From Octopus sinensis (lineage: Eukaryota), in contig NW_021823921.1 of assembly GCF_006345805.1 (NCBI RefSeq), positions 1-20,801 of the forward strand: a DNA stretch of 20,801 nucleotides. The letters run 5' to 3'. Below are positions 9,620 through 19,699 of the stretch, piece by piece. Every line of letters begins with the position of its first letter. Position 1 is the stretch's first letter. The notes below the pieces were generated by a model. The model made no database searches. It was not told where the DNA came from and saw nothing but the letters and a program-made list of their open reading frames with translations. A program made the translations under genes and the position numbers.

Positions 9620-10099
9620 TTCAACTTCCGCTATATCAAAGCCACACAAGTTCTTCAATGTTTCAATATATTAAGGGGTTTGTGAATTAAGGCGTCGAGG
9701 TCAAGCTGGCTGGCCTTTCTACTATTCTTTTATATGTCTTTTACAATATGTTTTTCCCATTATCAAGCATTTTAGACGGGCGGTGACTGGTGTGGTCTTG
9801 ATGAAGATACCGTCCGATTATTCCAGGGAGTTAATGGGTGAATGGAGCCACTTAGGAGGTCAGATATATTTCCTTTGAGAGGCTTGGATTACCAAAGAAT
9901 CATCTTTCTTTAAGACAGGGTGCCTTCCTTAAAATTGAAACAGCGCAAACGAAAAAAACAACAACAAAACCGAAACGAAAACCTCCAGAAAAAACACTGC
10001 ACAAATGTCATATACACACATATGTGAATATTATATGTTTATAGATACCTGAAGGCGTTCATTAAACGCACATCTTTCCATCTGTCCATCCATCCATAT

Positions 10100-10689
10100 T
10101 TATATACACACATACGTACATACATTCATGTATACAATTTCATGTAAATATACATACATTTATATACATACACATATGTATATACACATACATTTATATA
10201 CATACACACATATATACATACATTTATATACATACACATATGTATATATACATACATTTATATGCATACACATATGTATATATACATACATTTATATACA
10301 TACACACGTATATGCATACATTTATATACATACACATGCATATATACGTTCATATTTACATATTTGTATACGTACATGCACATACATTCATGCATCTTTC
10401 CCTCTTTCCTTCCATACATACATACACACATACACACATACATACATACATACATACATACATAAATACATACATACCTATACATTACATATACATACTC
10501 AGGTAGAGTTACATAGATACTCAGGCATAAATACATACGTGTACATATGCAAATACATACACATACATACATACATTTATGTACATACACATGCATATAT
10601 ACGTTCATATTTACATATTTGTATACGTACATGCACATACATTCATGCATCTTTCCCTCTTTCCTTCCATACATACATACACACATACA

Positions 10690-10723
<34 letters not shown>

Positions 10724-11039
10724 CATACATACATACATACATATAGACATACGTACATAAATGGATACATGCATACATACATGGATACATACATACATGC
10801 ATACATACATACATACACATACATGGATACATACATGGATACATATATACATACATACATGGATACATACATACATACATACATACATACGTACATATAT
10901 ACATACATACATACATACATACATTTACATTCATACATACATAAATACATACATGCATACATATATACATCCATCCATCCATCCATCCATCCATCCATCC
11001 ATCCATACATACATCAACATACATACATACATACATACA

Positions 11040-11121
<82 letters not shown>
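10100..11121. repeat. (CATA)n/(TA)n/(CATC)n compound microsatellite with an internal 255-bp-period duplication
   Basis: The unique segment acgttcatatttacatatttgtatacgtacatgcacatacattcatgcatctttccctctttccttcc starts at both 10346 and 10601. Confidence 0.95.
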
Positions 11122-11258
11122 GCTGACTACATACGAAACAGGAGCAAGTATGAAATTACATTTTCTGGTATCATTTAAATGTCATTGGAGAGTGAGAACC
11201 CTCTCAGAGGAAATAAAAAAATAAACAGAGAGAATGATTAAAGAAGACAGAATCAAAC

Positions 11259-11410
11259 CATCTGTTGTAAGACTGTTGTTATTTCGAAGTCTTTGAGGTG
11301 TAGTGAAGAGGTGTGGGAGGAATTCTTCTACACTGTGTTGGGAATGGAGCGAGGCCTTTGCAGTGAACTGGATCGCGAATGTAGACCTAACACAGCGATT
11401 GGGTTAACAA
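11259..11410 (-). other. Unique island after a strong acceptor-like site; candidate exon
   Basis: ttgttttctgtattctgcag|TT at 11411/11410 gives (x)VNPIAVLGLHSRSSSLQRPRSIPNTV* (stop 11330-11328). An alternative frame 11386-11259 gives STFAIQFTAKASLHSQHSVEEFLPHLFTTPQRLRNNNSLTTD. No homology recognised. Confidence 0.28.
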
Positions 11411-11611
11411 CTGCAGAATACAGAAAACAACAACATCAACAACCACAACGACGTACTGACACCATCAATACCACTACTGCCAAAATCTCTACATCTTTCA
11501 CCACCACCATTACCACGACTATTATCGCCACCATCACCATTTTATATATATGATATATAATATAGATATAGACGCACACATATTATATGTATACATAAAC
11601 ATGTGTGTATA

Positions 11612-11653
<42 letters not shown>

Positions 11654-11655
<2 letters not shown>

Positions 11656-11863
11656 CTCTTTTAATCTTGTACTTGTTTCAGTCATTTGACTGTGGCCATG
11701 CTGGAGCACTGCCCTTAGTCGAAAGCAAATCGACCCCAGGACTTATTCTTTGGAAGCCTAGTACTTATTCTATCGGTCTCGTTTGCCGAACCGCTAACTG
11801 ACGAGGACGTAAACACACCAGCATCGTTTGTCAAGCGATGTTGGTGGGACTAACACAGACACA

Positions 11864-11915
<52 letters not shown>

Positions 11916-11995
11916 ACACATATATATATATATACATATATACATTTATATACATATATATACGACGGTATTCTTTCAGTTTCCGTCTACCAAAT
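11654..11995 (-). mobile_element. Group A SINE, 5'-truncated, with expanded (CA)n spacer
   Basis: Complete 3' domain (cttgtttcagtcatttgactgtggccatgctggagc...gaccccaggacttattc...gtaaacacaccagcatcg) ending at ttctttcagtttccgtctaccaaat. Confidence 0.9.
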
Positions 11996-12826
11996 AATAA
12001 TAATAATATCAACAACAACAACAACAACAACAATAATAATGATAATAATAATAATAATAATAATAACAATGATAATAAGACTACTACTGCAAGTGTTGCA
12101 AGTACCAGAAATATTGACCTGCATGCTGTGTCGACTTGCTACAAGTGGCAGCGAAACCTCCTTTAATGTCATATCCTGTTGCTTTAATGGAGAAAACGTT
12201 GCTGTGATCTTATAATATAATACATCTAAAAGAATAGAACAGGATGGTCACGGTCGGAATATCATTGACCATAAATCTCTTCAGTTTGACTGAAACAGTT
12301 ACAATAACAAATTTAACAAAATTGTCCTTTTTACTGAAATCTCTACGGGAGCGCAAATGCGACCGGAAGTTTGTTAAACAGTTTTTCAACTAGCCATGTC
12401 AATGGACAGATATGTACACAAGGAGGCCACACACATACACCACACAGAAACATACGTGTGTGTGTGTGTGTTGTGTGTGTGTAAATTATATGTATACATG
12501 TGTGAGTGTGTATGTATATATATATATATATATACAAACATGTGTGTACAATAAATATGTACATTTATGTATATGTCTGTCTTAGTACTTATCATATTGG
12601 TTTGTCTATCTAGCTATTTTTCTCCTTTTTCCCTCGCCTTCTCTGTCTCTGTCTCCCTCTGTATTAGTAGTAGTAGTAGTAGTAGTAGTAGTAAGTAGTA
12701 GTAGTAGTAGTAGTAAGAAGAAGAAGAAATGCCCTGATGCAGTACCAGGCAGTGGCTCTCATGGCTTCTGATCTCAACTGACAGGAAGTGTTATGATGTA
12801 CATTGTTTTGTCTTGGTATAAAAGAT

Positions 12827-13023
12827 CAACATCGCTTGACAACCGATGCTGGTGTGTTTATGTCCCTGTCACTTAGCGGTTCGGCAAAAGAGACTGATAG
12901 AATAAGTACTAGGCTTACAAAGAATAAGTCCTGGGGTCGATTTGCTCGACTAAAAGGCAGTGCTCCAGCATGGCCACAGTCAAATGACTGAAACAAATAA
13001 AAGAGTAAAAGAGAGTAAGAGAG
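12827..13023 (+). mobile_element. Group A SINE, 3' half
   Basis: catcgcttgacaaccgatgctggtgtgttt...gaataagtcctggggtcgatttgctcgactaa...ggccacagtcaaatgactgaaacaaataaaagagtaaaagag. Confidence 0.92.
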
Positions 13024-13061
13024 TTCAATCTAAAAACAACGCCAATGATATAAAGGCACAT

Positions 13062-13130
13062 CTCTCTTTTCTTTTACTCTCTTTACTTGTTTCAGTCATT
13101 TGACTGTGGCCATGCTGGAGCACCGCCTTT
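13062..13130 (-). mobile_element. Group A SINE 3' terminal fragment, tail-to-tail with 12827-13023
   Basis: 13087-13130 is the reverse complement of 12953-12996 with 1 mismatch in 44 bp. Confidence 0.9.
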
Positions 13131-13419
13131 ATGGACTACAGCAAATATTCTGCTCAATACCAAAGATTTGCTTGTCAGTTGTTTGACCATAACCAGTTGA
13201 GCACGTCCCTTAGTGGCTGACGATATGTGCATCTCTGATCACGAGCAGAAGTAGTGGGGGAGCATCATGGCCGTGTGTTGAAAGGAGTTGTTGGAGGTTT
13301 GGATATTTCGCCTTTGGGATCATGGGTGTTTCGTTCAACACCCTTAAGCTATAGCTTCATCGGAGCCTTGAATATGAAGTGTAATGCCATCCCAGTTTCT
13401 TCTTATGCTTCGTTCTGAC

Positions 13420-13978
13420 ATATACGTATATTGAGTTCTACACCAGATTATTAATCTTACACTGTCTAAGCGAATTATAAATATTTATAGTCAATGCGAG
13501 GCTACTTTATCCTCATAGGGGATTATTGTATCCGAAATTTCACCAAGGCCGTTGAGGAATATCAACGAAATATATATGGGATTATTATAAGGATAAATAT
13601 GATTAAAGAAGAACGGAGAGTTGGTAAATATATAAAATTAATTTATAAATATATTGCCCCCAAAAATGTCCTACGTACGTTTCATTTCAGTCCAATATAT
13701 AGTTTGCAATTATATATTGAGTGGTTGTATAATGTCAACATAACGTGACAATCCCGTAAATGGAATTTCACCACCGCTATATAGCCCTAGGAAGCATCGA
13801 TGCTTCCTGTCGGTTTTGACACATTTCCTGTGTCCTTATATTTGCAAAGGGGAGGCAAGCACCCCCACCAGCTAGGACTAGCAACCTGAAGACATGCATG
13901 TTTCTGGGTCTTGCCCGTCATCAGTCCAGGGTAGCGAGTCCTCGCTAGCTGAGATGCCTGCCAAGCCTCTGCAAATAT
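13420..13978 (-). mobile_element. Probable Penelope-like or retrozyme-like non-coding element carrying the hammerhead (left boundary approximate)
   Basis: Contains a PLE-type hammerhead and long hairpin, abuts a TA tract at 13976-13984, and 13601-13695 has a diverged inverted homologue at 14072-14168. No RT or GIY-YIG coding seen. Confidence 0.45.
13869..13951 (-). ncRNA. Type I hammerhead ribozyme (minimal, palindromic helix III)
   Basis: Minus strand reads ccugga-CUGAUGA-c-ggg-caaga-ccc-a-GAAA-caugcaug-UC-uucagg. Core CUGAUGA is at 13924-13918 and GAAA at 13904-13901. The GUC triplet is 13893-13891. Helix I ccugga/uucagg is 6 bp with 1 GU and extends further. Helix III ACAUGCAUGU is a perfect palindrome. 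Confidence 0.8.
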
Positions 13979-14171
13979 ATATATTTACAGTGAAATCTAG
14001 TCACTCTATCGCTCCACCACCGCTCATGTCTCTTTTGAGACACTTAGAAATTCAATATTTCTAATTATATTTTGGACTGAATTAAAATGTACGTAGGCCA
14101 TTTTTTTGGCAGTATGTTAATAAATTAAATTTATATCCTTACCAATTATCCATTCTTCTTCTTTAATCCTT

Positions 14172-14265
14172 ATATATACATACATAATATATATATATAT
14201 AGATATTATATATATATATATTATATATATATTATATACATACATACATACATATATATTATATA

Positions 14266-14310
<45 letters not shown>

Positions 14311-14315
14311 ATAAT

Positions 14316-14347
<32 letters not shown>

Positions 14348-14348
14348 G
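14172..14348. repeat. Degenerate (TA)n microsatellite
   Basis: Read directly. Confidence 0.95.
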
Positions 14349-15088
14349 GCCCCATGGTCGTAACCCCAACCGTGCTTTTCTGTTGTGATTTTTGCTACCC
14401 AGGTGTCGGTTATCATTGAATAATCCGTAATAAGATAATTCATTTATCTACTTCAATAATATATATATATATATGCTATATATATATGTCCATATGCTAT
14501 ATATATATATATGTGCAAATATACATATATTTGCATATGCTATATATATATGTGCAAATATACATATATTTATGAGCACATACAGATATACACAATTTTA
14601 TTTTACATCGAAACTTGCTCATTCTTTTAGAGAGTAGCTTGTGGTTTGAAAGGCATACAGCTGATATGTCTGGTTAATCCATTGACCACATTAGTTGCAT
14701 CTTCCATTAAAGTATTCATTCACTACATGCAACAGTGTGTGAGCCAATGCCAGCTACACCAACCCAACCCGGACCATCCCCGCCCAACACAAGCGAAATC
14801 AAGGCATAGCAAGGTAGAACAGCTCAGCAAAGCTCAGCACAGACACGAGAACAGGTTGCCCAACCCAATCCAGCCTCGCTCCGTTCACCCTCTCCACTAA
14901 TAGATAAAGTCTTAAGGACATATGTGACAGCCATTTTGCTCTATTACAAAGCCACGGCCGTGTCACTTGAACATTTCATTGTCTCCGAAAATCTTATCAA
15001 ACGCTGTTTTCGTCTTTTTAATTTCCGTTCGTGTCAGATATTTAGATGTAGATCAAATCATCAGCAGCATCACTATCACCATCACCAT

Positions 15089-15129
<41 letters not shown>

Positions 15130-15184
15130 GCAGTAAGAGCAGCAATAAAGTAGACACAACATATAAACCTTTGCTATCTAAAAG

Positions 15185-15467
15185 CAACACACACACACAC
15201 ACACATACATATATATATATATCTACAGACACTCACACACACACACATATATATCTTGACACTCACACACACATACACATATATATACCTACAGAGATTC
15301 ACACACACACACATATATCTACAGACACTCACACACACACATATATATATATATATATCTACAGACACTCACACATACATATATACATATATCTACTGGC
15401 ACTTACACACACACACATATCTACAGATACTCACACACACACACACACGCATATATCTACAGACACT

Positions 15468-15515
<48 letters not shown>

Positions 15516-15730
15516 ATATATATATATCTACAGACACACACACGCACACACATATATATCTACAGACACTTACACATACACACACACGCATATATCTACA
15601 GACACTCACACTCACACACACACACACACACTCATATATATATTTACAGACACTCACACGCACACACATATATATACATATATATATATATATATATCTA
15701 CAGACACTCTCAGACCACACACACACATAT
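15185..15730. repeat. Compound minisatellite: (TA)n-TCTACAGACACT-(CA)n, about 13 units
   Basis: The core tctacagacact or a close variant recurs about every 30-70 nt between 15222 and ~15710. Confidence 0.9.
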
Positions 15731-15750
15731 ATGTATATATCAATAAATAC

Positions 15751-15792
<42 letters not shown>

Positions 15793-16059
15793 TATATATA
15801 TAATATATATAAAAATGCATATATGTCTGTATACACACACACATATGTATATACATAGATGCACACATGCGCATACTTTCTCACTGTCCATTTGATCCGT
15901 TCCTCATCTGTTCGACCGTTCATCTGTTAGTCAATCCGGCGATCTCTCTGTCTGTCTGTCTGTGTGTCTGAATGTACCTGTATCTGTTTGGCTGTCAAGC
16001 TTTTAGTTTGACTGTCAGTCTGTTTAGTTCCAATGTCCAGCTCTTCCCCTCTTTCTCTC

Positions 16060-16189
16060 TCTCTCTCACTCTCTCTCTTTCACTCACTCTCTCTCTCTCT
16101 GTACCTGGTTATTATTTTTGTGCGTATGTGAGCGTACGTGTGTGTGTATTTATCGCGTTCTCTCTCTCCCCCACACTCTCTCTCTCTTA

Positions 16190-16230
<41 letters not shown>

Positions 16231-16357
16231 TATGTATATATATACATATACACACACATGTATGCGTATATATGTGCATGTGTATATGTATATATATAAT
16301 ATATATGCATATATATATATATGTATGTCTGTATATGTATGTATATAAATGCATTTA

Positions 16358-16403
<46 letters not shown>

Positions 16404-16586
16404 GTGTGTGTGTGTGTGTATGTATGTATATATATATGTATATATGTATGTATGTATATATACATACGTATGCATATATTTGTACGTATGTCTATATAAT
16501 TGACGCCCACACATCTCCAACGGTGTGTAATACAAAATGTGCATTTGTCTGACTGTATGCGTTCATATGTGTCTATGTATGCGCGC

Positions 16587-16622
<36 letters not shown>

Positions 16623-16640
16623 GTGTGAGTGTGTGTGTGG
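16060..16640. repeat. (CT)n/(CA)n/(TA)n/(TG)n microsatellite cluster
   Basis: Read directly. Confidence 0.92.
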
Positions 16641-16844
16641 TTTTATCGGGTTTTCACATTCTGACACAATCGACAGCCATGTTTATATTGAGTTAATTCA
16701 AATCCTCCCCGCATCCCGTCCTATCCCATCCCGTGTCCTCTCACTCCTCTGCGCCGTCTATTATCACCTCCACCATCGCTCTACAGCCATGGACACTTCA
16801 CCCTCATCTCACCTCCCGACTCCTTAACCGTTATTGCTCATGTC

Positions 16845-18430
16845 TATCACTATGATGATTATGATGATGATGGTGTTGATGATGAAGGTGATGTTGACCA
16901 TAACGATGACGATGACAACGACGATGATGATGATGATGATAATGATGACGACGATGATGATGATGATGATGATGATATTGGCCATGGTGATGTTGGCGAT
17001 ACTGATACTGGGGGCGGTGGTGACGGTGATGATGGTTAGCCAGATGGGGGAGACGAGGTTGAAGTGTATAAGGAGAAAGAAAAGGTATAAGAATGTAGTG
17101 GTTACTATGTGGTGGGTGAAGTGGTGGTGGGGGCAGTGGTTGGGGGGCAGTAGTGGTGATGTAGTGGTGGTGGTGGTGACGCAGTGTTGGGAACAGTGGT
17201 GGTGGGGCAGTTGGGTTGGGGTGGTGGTGGTGTGAACAGTGGTGGTGGGGGCAGTTGGGTTGGGGCAGTGGTGGTGGGGGTAGTGGTGAGTTGTAGTAGA
17301 GCTAGTGGGGGGCAGTGCTGGTGGGCGCTAGTGGGTGGTGGGGTTAGTGGTGGTGGGAGCAGTGGTGGTTGGGGCAGTGGTGGTGGGCAGTCAGTGGTGG
17401 TGTGGGGTGGGGGCAGTAGTGGTGATGTTCGTAGTGCTGGTGGTGTGGTTGTGGTGGTGGAGCAATGGTGGTGGGGGCAGTGGTGGTGGTGGCAGTTTTT
17501 GTGGCTGTGTTCGTGGTAGGTGGGGTGGTGTGGTGGTGGTGGTGGTGGGTGGTGGTAGTGGGGTGGTGTGGTAGTGGTGGTAGGTGGGTGGTGGTGGTGG
17601 TGGTGGTGGTGGTGGTATGGTGTGGTGTGTAGTGGTTGTGGTGGTGGTGGTGGTGGGTTGGTTAGTGGTGGTGGTGGTGGTGGTGGTGGTATGATGGTGG
17701 TGGTATGGTGGTGTGGTGTTTTGTAGTGGTGTGGTGTGGTGGTGTGGTGGGGGTGGTGTTGTAGTGGTGTGGTGGTGGTGGTGGTGGTGGTGGTAGTAGC
17801 GTTGATGATGATGATCGTGATCATCATGATCTTCATCATGATGAAAATGGTAATGACGATAACTGATTATGATGGCGACGTTAATAACGTTGATAATGAT
17901 TATGATGACGACGACGACGATGACGATGATGGTGACGATCGTAATAATGATGATGGAGATGACAGTGTTGTTGATGACGATGATGATGACAGTAATGATG
18001 ATGATGATGATGTTGATGGGTCACTTGTTGCTTCAATAGATGCTGTTTTCACTGATCTTATCATCACTTCCATTTCCTTTCGTCATCGGCGTTCTTGTTG
18101 TTGCTGTCGTTATTTTTATTCTTCTTCTTCCTGTCATTGTTGCTGTTTGTGTCCTTGTTGTTGTTGCTGCTGCTGATGCTGCTACTGCTATTCTTGTTGT
18201 TGTTGTTATTTTAGTTGTTGTGATTCCGGTCTGTAATTTTTGTCGTTCTCATCGTTACTATTTTCATTCATGTTGTTGTTGTTCTTGTTGTTGTTGTTGT
18301 TGTTGTTGCTGTTGTTGTTGTTGTCGTCGTCGCTGCTGCTGCTACTTTTGTGGTTCTTGTTATTGTTGTTGTTGTTGTTGTTGCTGCTACTTTTTGTGGT
18401 TCTTCTTATTGCTGTTGTTGTTACACGGTT
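16845..18430. repeat. Low-complexity trinucleotide region: (GAT)n, G-rich (GGT)n, then (GAT/GAC)n and (GTT/GCT)n
   Basis: Read directly; source of the poly-P/H/T and poly-D ORFs. Confidence 0.93.
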
Positions 18431-18522
18431 TTTGTGATCACATGATGTTCGAGACATCTAATGGAGTCGTAGCCGTTGTTTCTGTTGTTGTAGCTGTTGC
18501 CATTGCTGGTTGCATTCTATGG

Positions 18523-18759
18523 CAGTGGTTTTCAACCAAGGTTCCGCAGAACCTTAGGGTTCCGCAGAACCTCAGGGTTCCGCCAGTGCAGTCTAGGGGT
18601 TCCGCAAGAAGTTACAAAACTGCTAAAATCGGCAGTCATTTTTAATTCTCCTGTGCAGATATGTGTGCATAAGACTATTAAATTATTGCACAGGGGCTCC
18701 TCGAGCCAGTGGAATGTTTCCTTGGGGTTCCGCTCCAGCAAAAAGTTTGAAAAGCACTG
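18523..18759. mobile_element. hAT-like MITE (237 bp)
   Basis: Termini cagtggttttcaac / gtttgaaaagcactg are imperfect TIRs starting CAGTG; degenerate 8-bp TSD ttctatgg (18515-18522) / ttccatag (18760-18767); five GGTTCCGC subterminal motifs. Confidence 0.8.
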
Positions 18760-18778
18760 TTCCATAGTAACACACATT

Positions 18779-18858
18779 TAACCAAGGTGAGACACAATGG
18801 GATCGAACCTGGAATCACATGCTTACAAAACAAAAATTTCAGTGACACATCCATGCTC
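18779..18858 (-). mobile_element. Diverged group A-like SINE tRNA head fragment
   Basis: Minus strand ...gcatgtgattccaggttcgatcccattgtgtctcaccttggttaa has B-box ggttcgatccc followed by caccttgg, as in the group A heads. Confidence 0.55.
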
Positions 18859-18871
18859 TTATGCATTTACT

Positions 18872-19248
18872 GGAAGCACTCCGTCGTTACGACGATGAGG
18901 GTTCCGGTTGATCCGAATCAACGGAACAGCCTGCTCGTGAAATTAACGTGTAAGTGGCTGAACACTCCACAGACACGTGTACCCTTAACGTAGTTTCGGG
19001 GATATTCAGCGTGACACAGAGAGTGACAAGGCCGGCCCTTTGAAATACAGGTACAACAGAAACAGAAGTAAGAGTGAGAGAAAAGTTGTGGTGAAAGAGT
19101 ACAGCAGGGATCACCACCATCCCCTGCCGAGCCCTCGTGGAGCTTTTCACTCACTCTAAACACTCACAACGCCCGGTCTGGGAATCGAAACCGCGATCCT
19201 ATGACCGCGAGTCCGTTGCCCTAACGACTGGGCCATTGCGCCTCCACA
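18872..19248 (-). mobile_element. tRNA-derived SINE, group B variant, full length
   Basis: A-box tggcccagtcg (19235-19225), B-box ggtttcgattccc (19192-19180), perfect 12-bp TSD tatgcatttact (18860-18871, 19249-19260); head and body are homologous to 2646-2830. Confidence 0.92.
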
Positions 19249-19339
19249 TATGCATTTACTACCGTTGTTGTCATTGTTCTTGATGTTGTGGTGGTTATTT
19301 CAGTTGCTATTGTTGCTCCTCATGCGGAAATTTCTCGCA

Positions 19340-19670
19340 AGTGTTATTGTTGTTGTTATTGTTGCCAATACGGTATTAGCTGATGTTGTTGCTGCTGCTG
19401 TTGATCTTTCTGTTAGTGTTATTGTTGTTATTATTATTATTATTGCCGGTACGGTATTTGCTGACGTTGTTGCTGCTGCTGTTGATCTCCCTTTTAGAGT
19501 TATTGCTGATGTTCTTGTTATTGTTAGCGATGTGATATTTCTTGATGTTGTTGCTGCTGCTGTTGATCTCTCTGTTAGTGTTATTGTTGTTATTATTATT
19601 ATTATTGCCGGTACGGTATTTGCTGACGTTGTTGCTGTTGCTGTTGATCTCTCCTTTAGTGTTATTATTG
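19340..19670. repeat. 81-bp-period minisatellite (about 4 units) built from GTT/GCT/ATT tracts
   Basis: The anchor gcc(aa/gg)tacggtatt recurs at 19364, 19445 and 19607 (offsets 81 and 162), with a degenerate unit in between. Confidence 0.85.
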
Positions 19671-19699
19671 TTGCCGTTGTTTTTCTTCCCATTATCACT

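Larger units (their letters stand above)
12728..13345. mobile_element. Probable interspersed repeat (12728-12826 plus 13131-~13345) interrupted by group A SINE pieces
   Basis: Non-simple sequence on both sides of the SINE block; the junctions ...taaaagat| and |atggactacagc share AT. Repeat identity comes from recalled octopus repeats and cannot be verified within the window. Confidence 0.4.

Noticed and set aside
13505-13550. Degenerate plus-strand hammerhead (cctcatag-gggattattgtatcc-gaaa-tttc)
   Set aside because: CUGANGA would need two changes and helix I does not pair.
13494-13748. 84-aa ORF as Penelope RT or GIY-YIG endonuclease
   Set aside because: No RT motifs or GIY-YIG signature; composition reflects AT-rich non-coding DNA.
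14626-14900. Promoter (CCAAT at 14744, GC box at 14778) or exon (ORF 14646-14900)
   Set aside because: Short motifs are expected by chance in this C-rich, degenerate pentamer-like stretch; no TSS evidence and the peptide is unrecognisable.
15185-15730. CRISPR-like repeat-spacer array
   Set aside because: The apparent spacers are variable-length (CA)n/(TA)n rather than unique sequence, the context is eukaryotic, and there are no cas genes.
18532-18777. 81-aa ORF as hAT transposase remnant
   Set aside because: It spans a 237-bp MITE including its TIRs and shows no transposase motifs.
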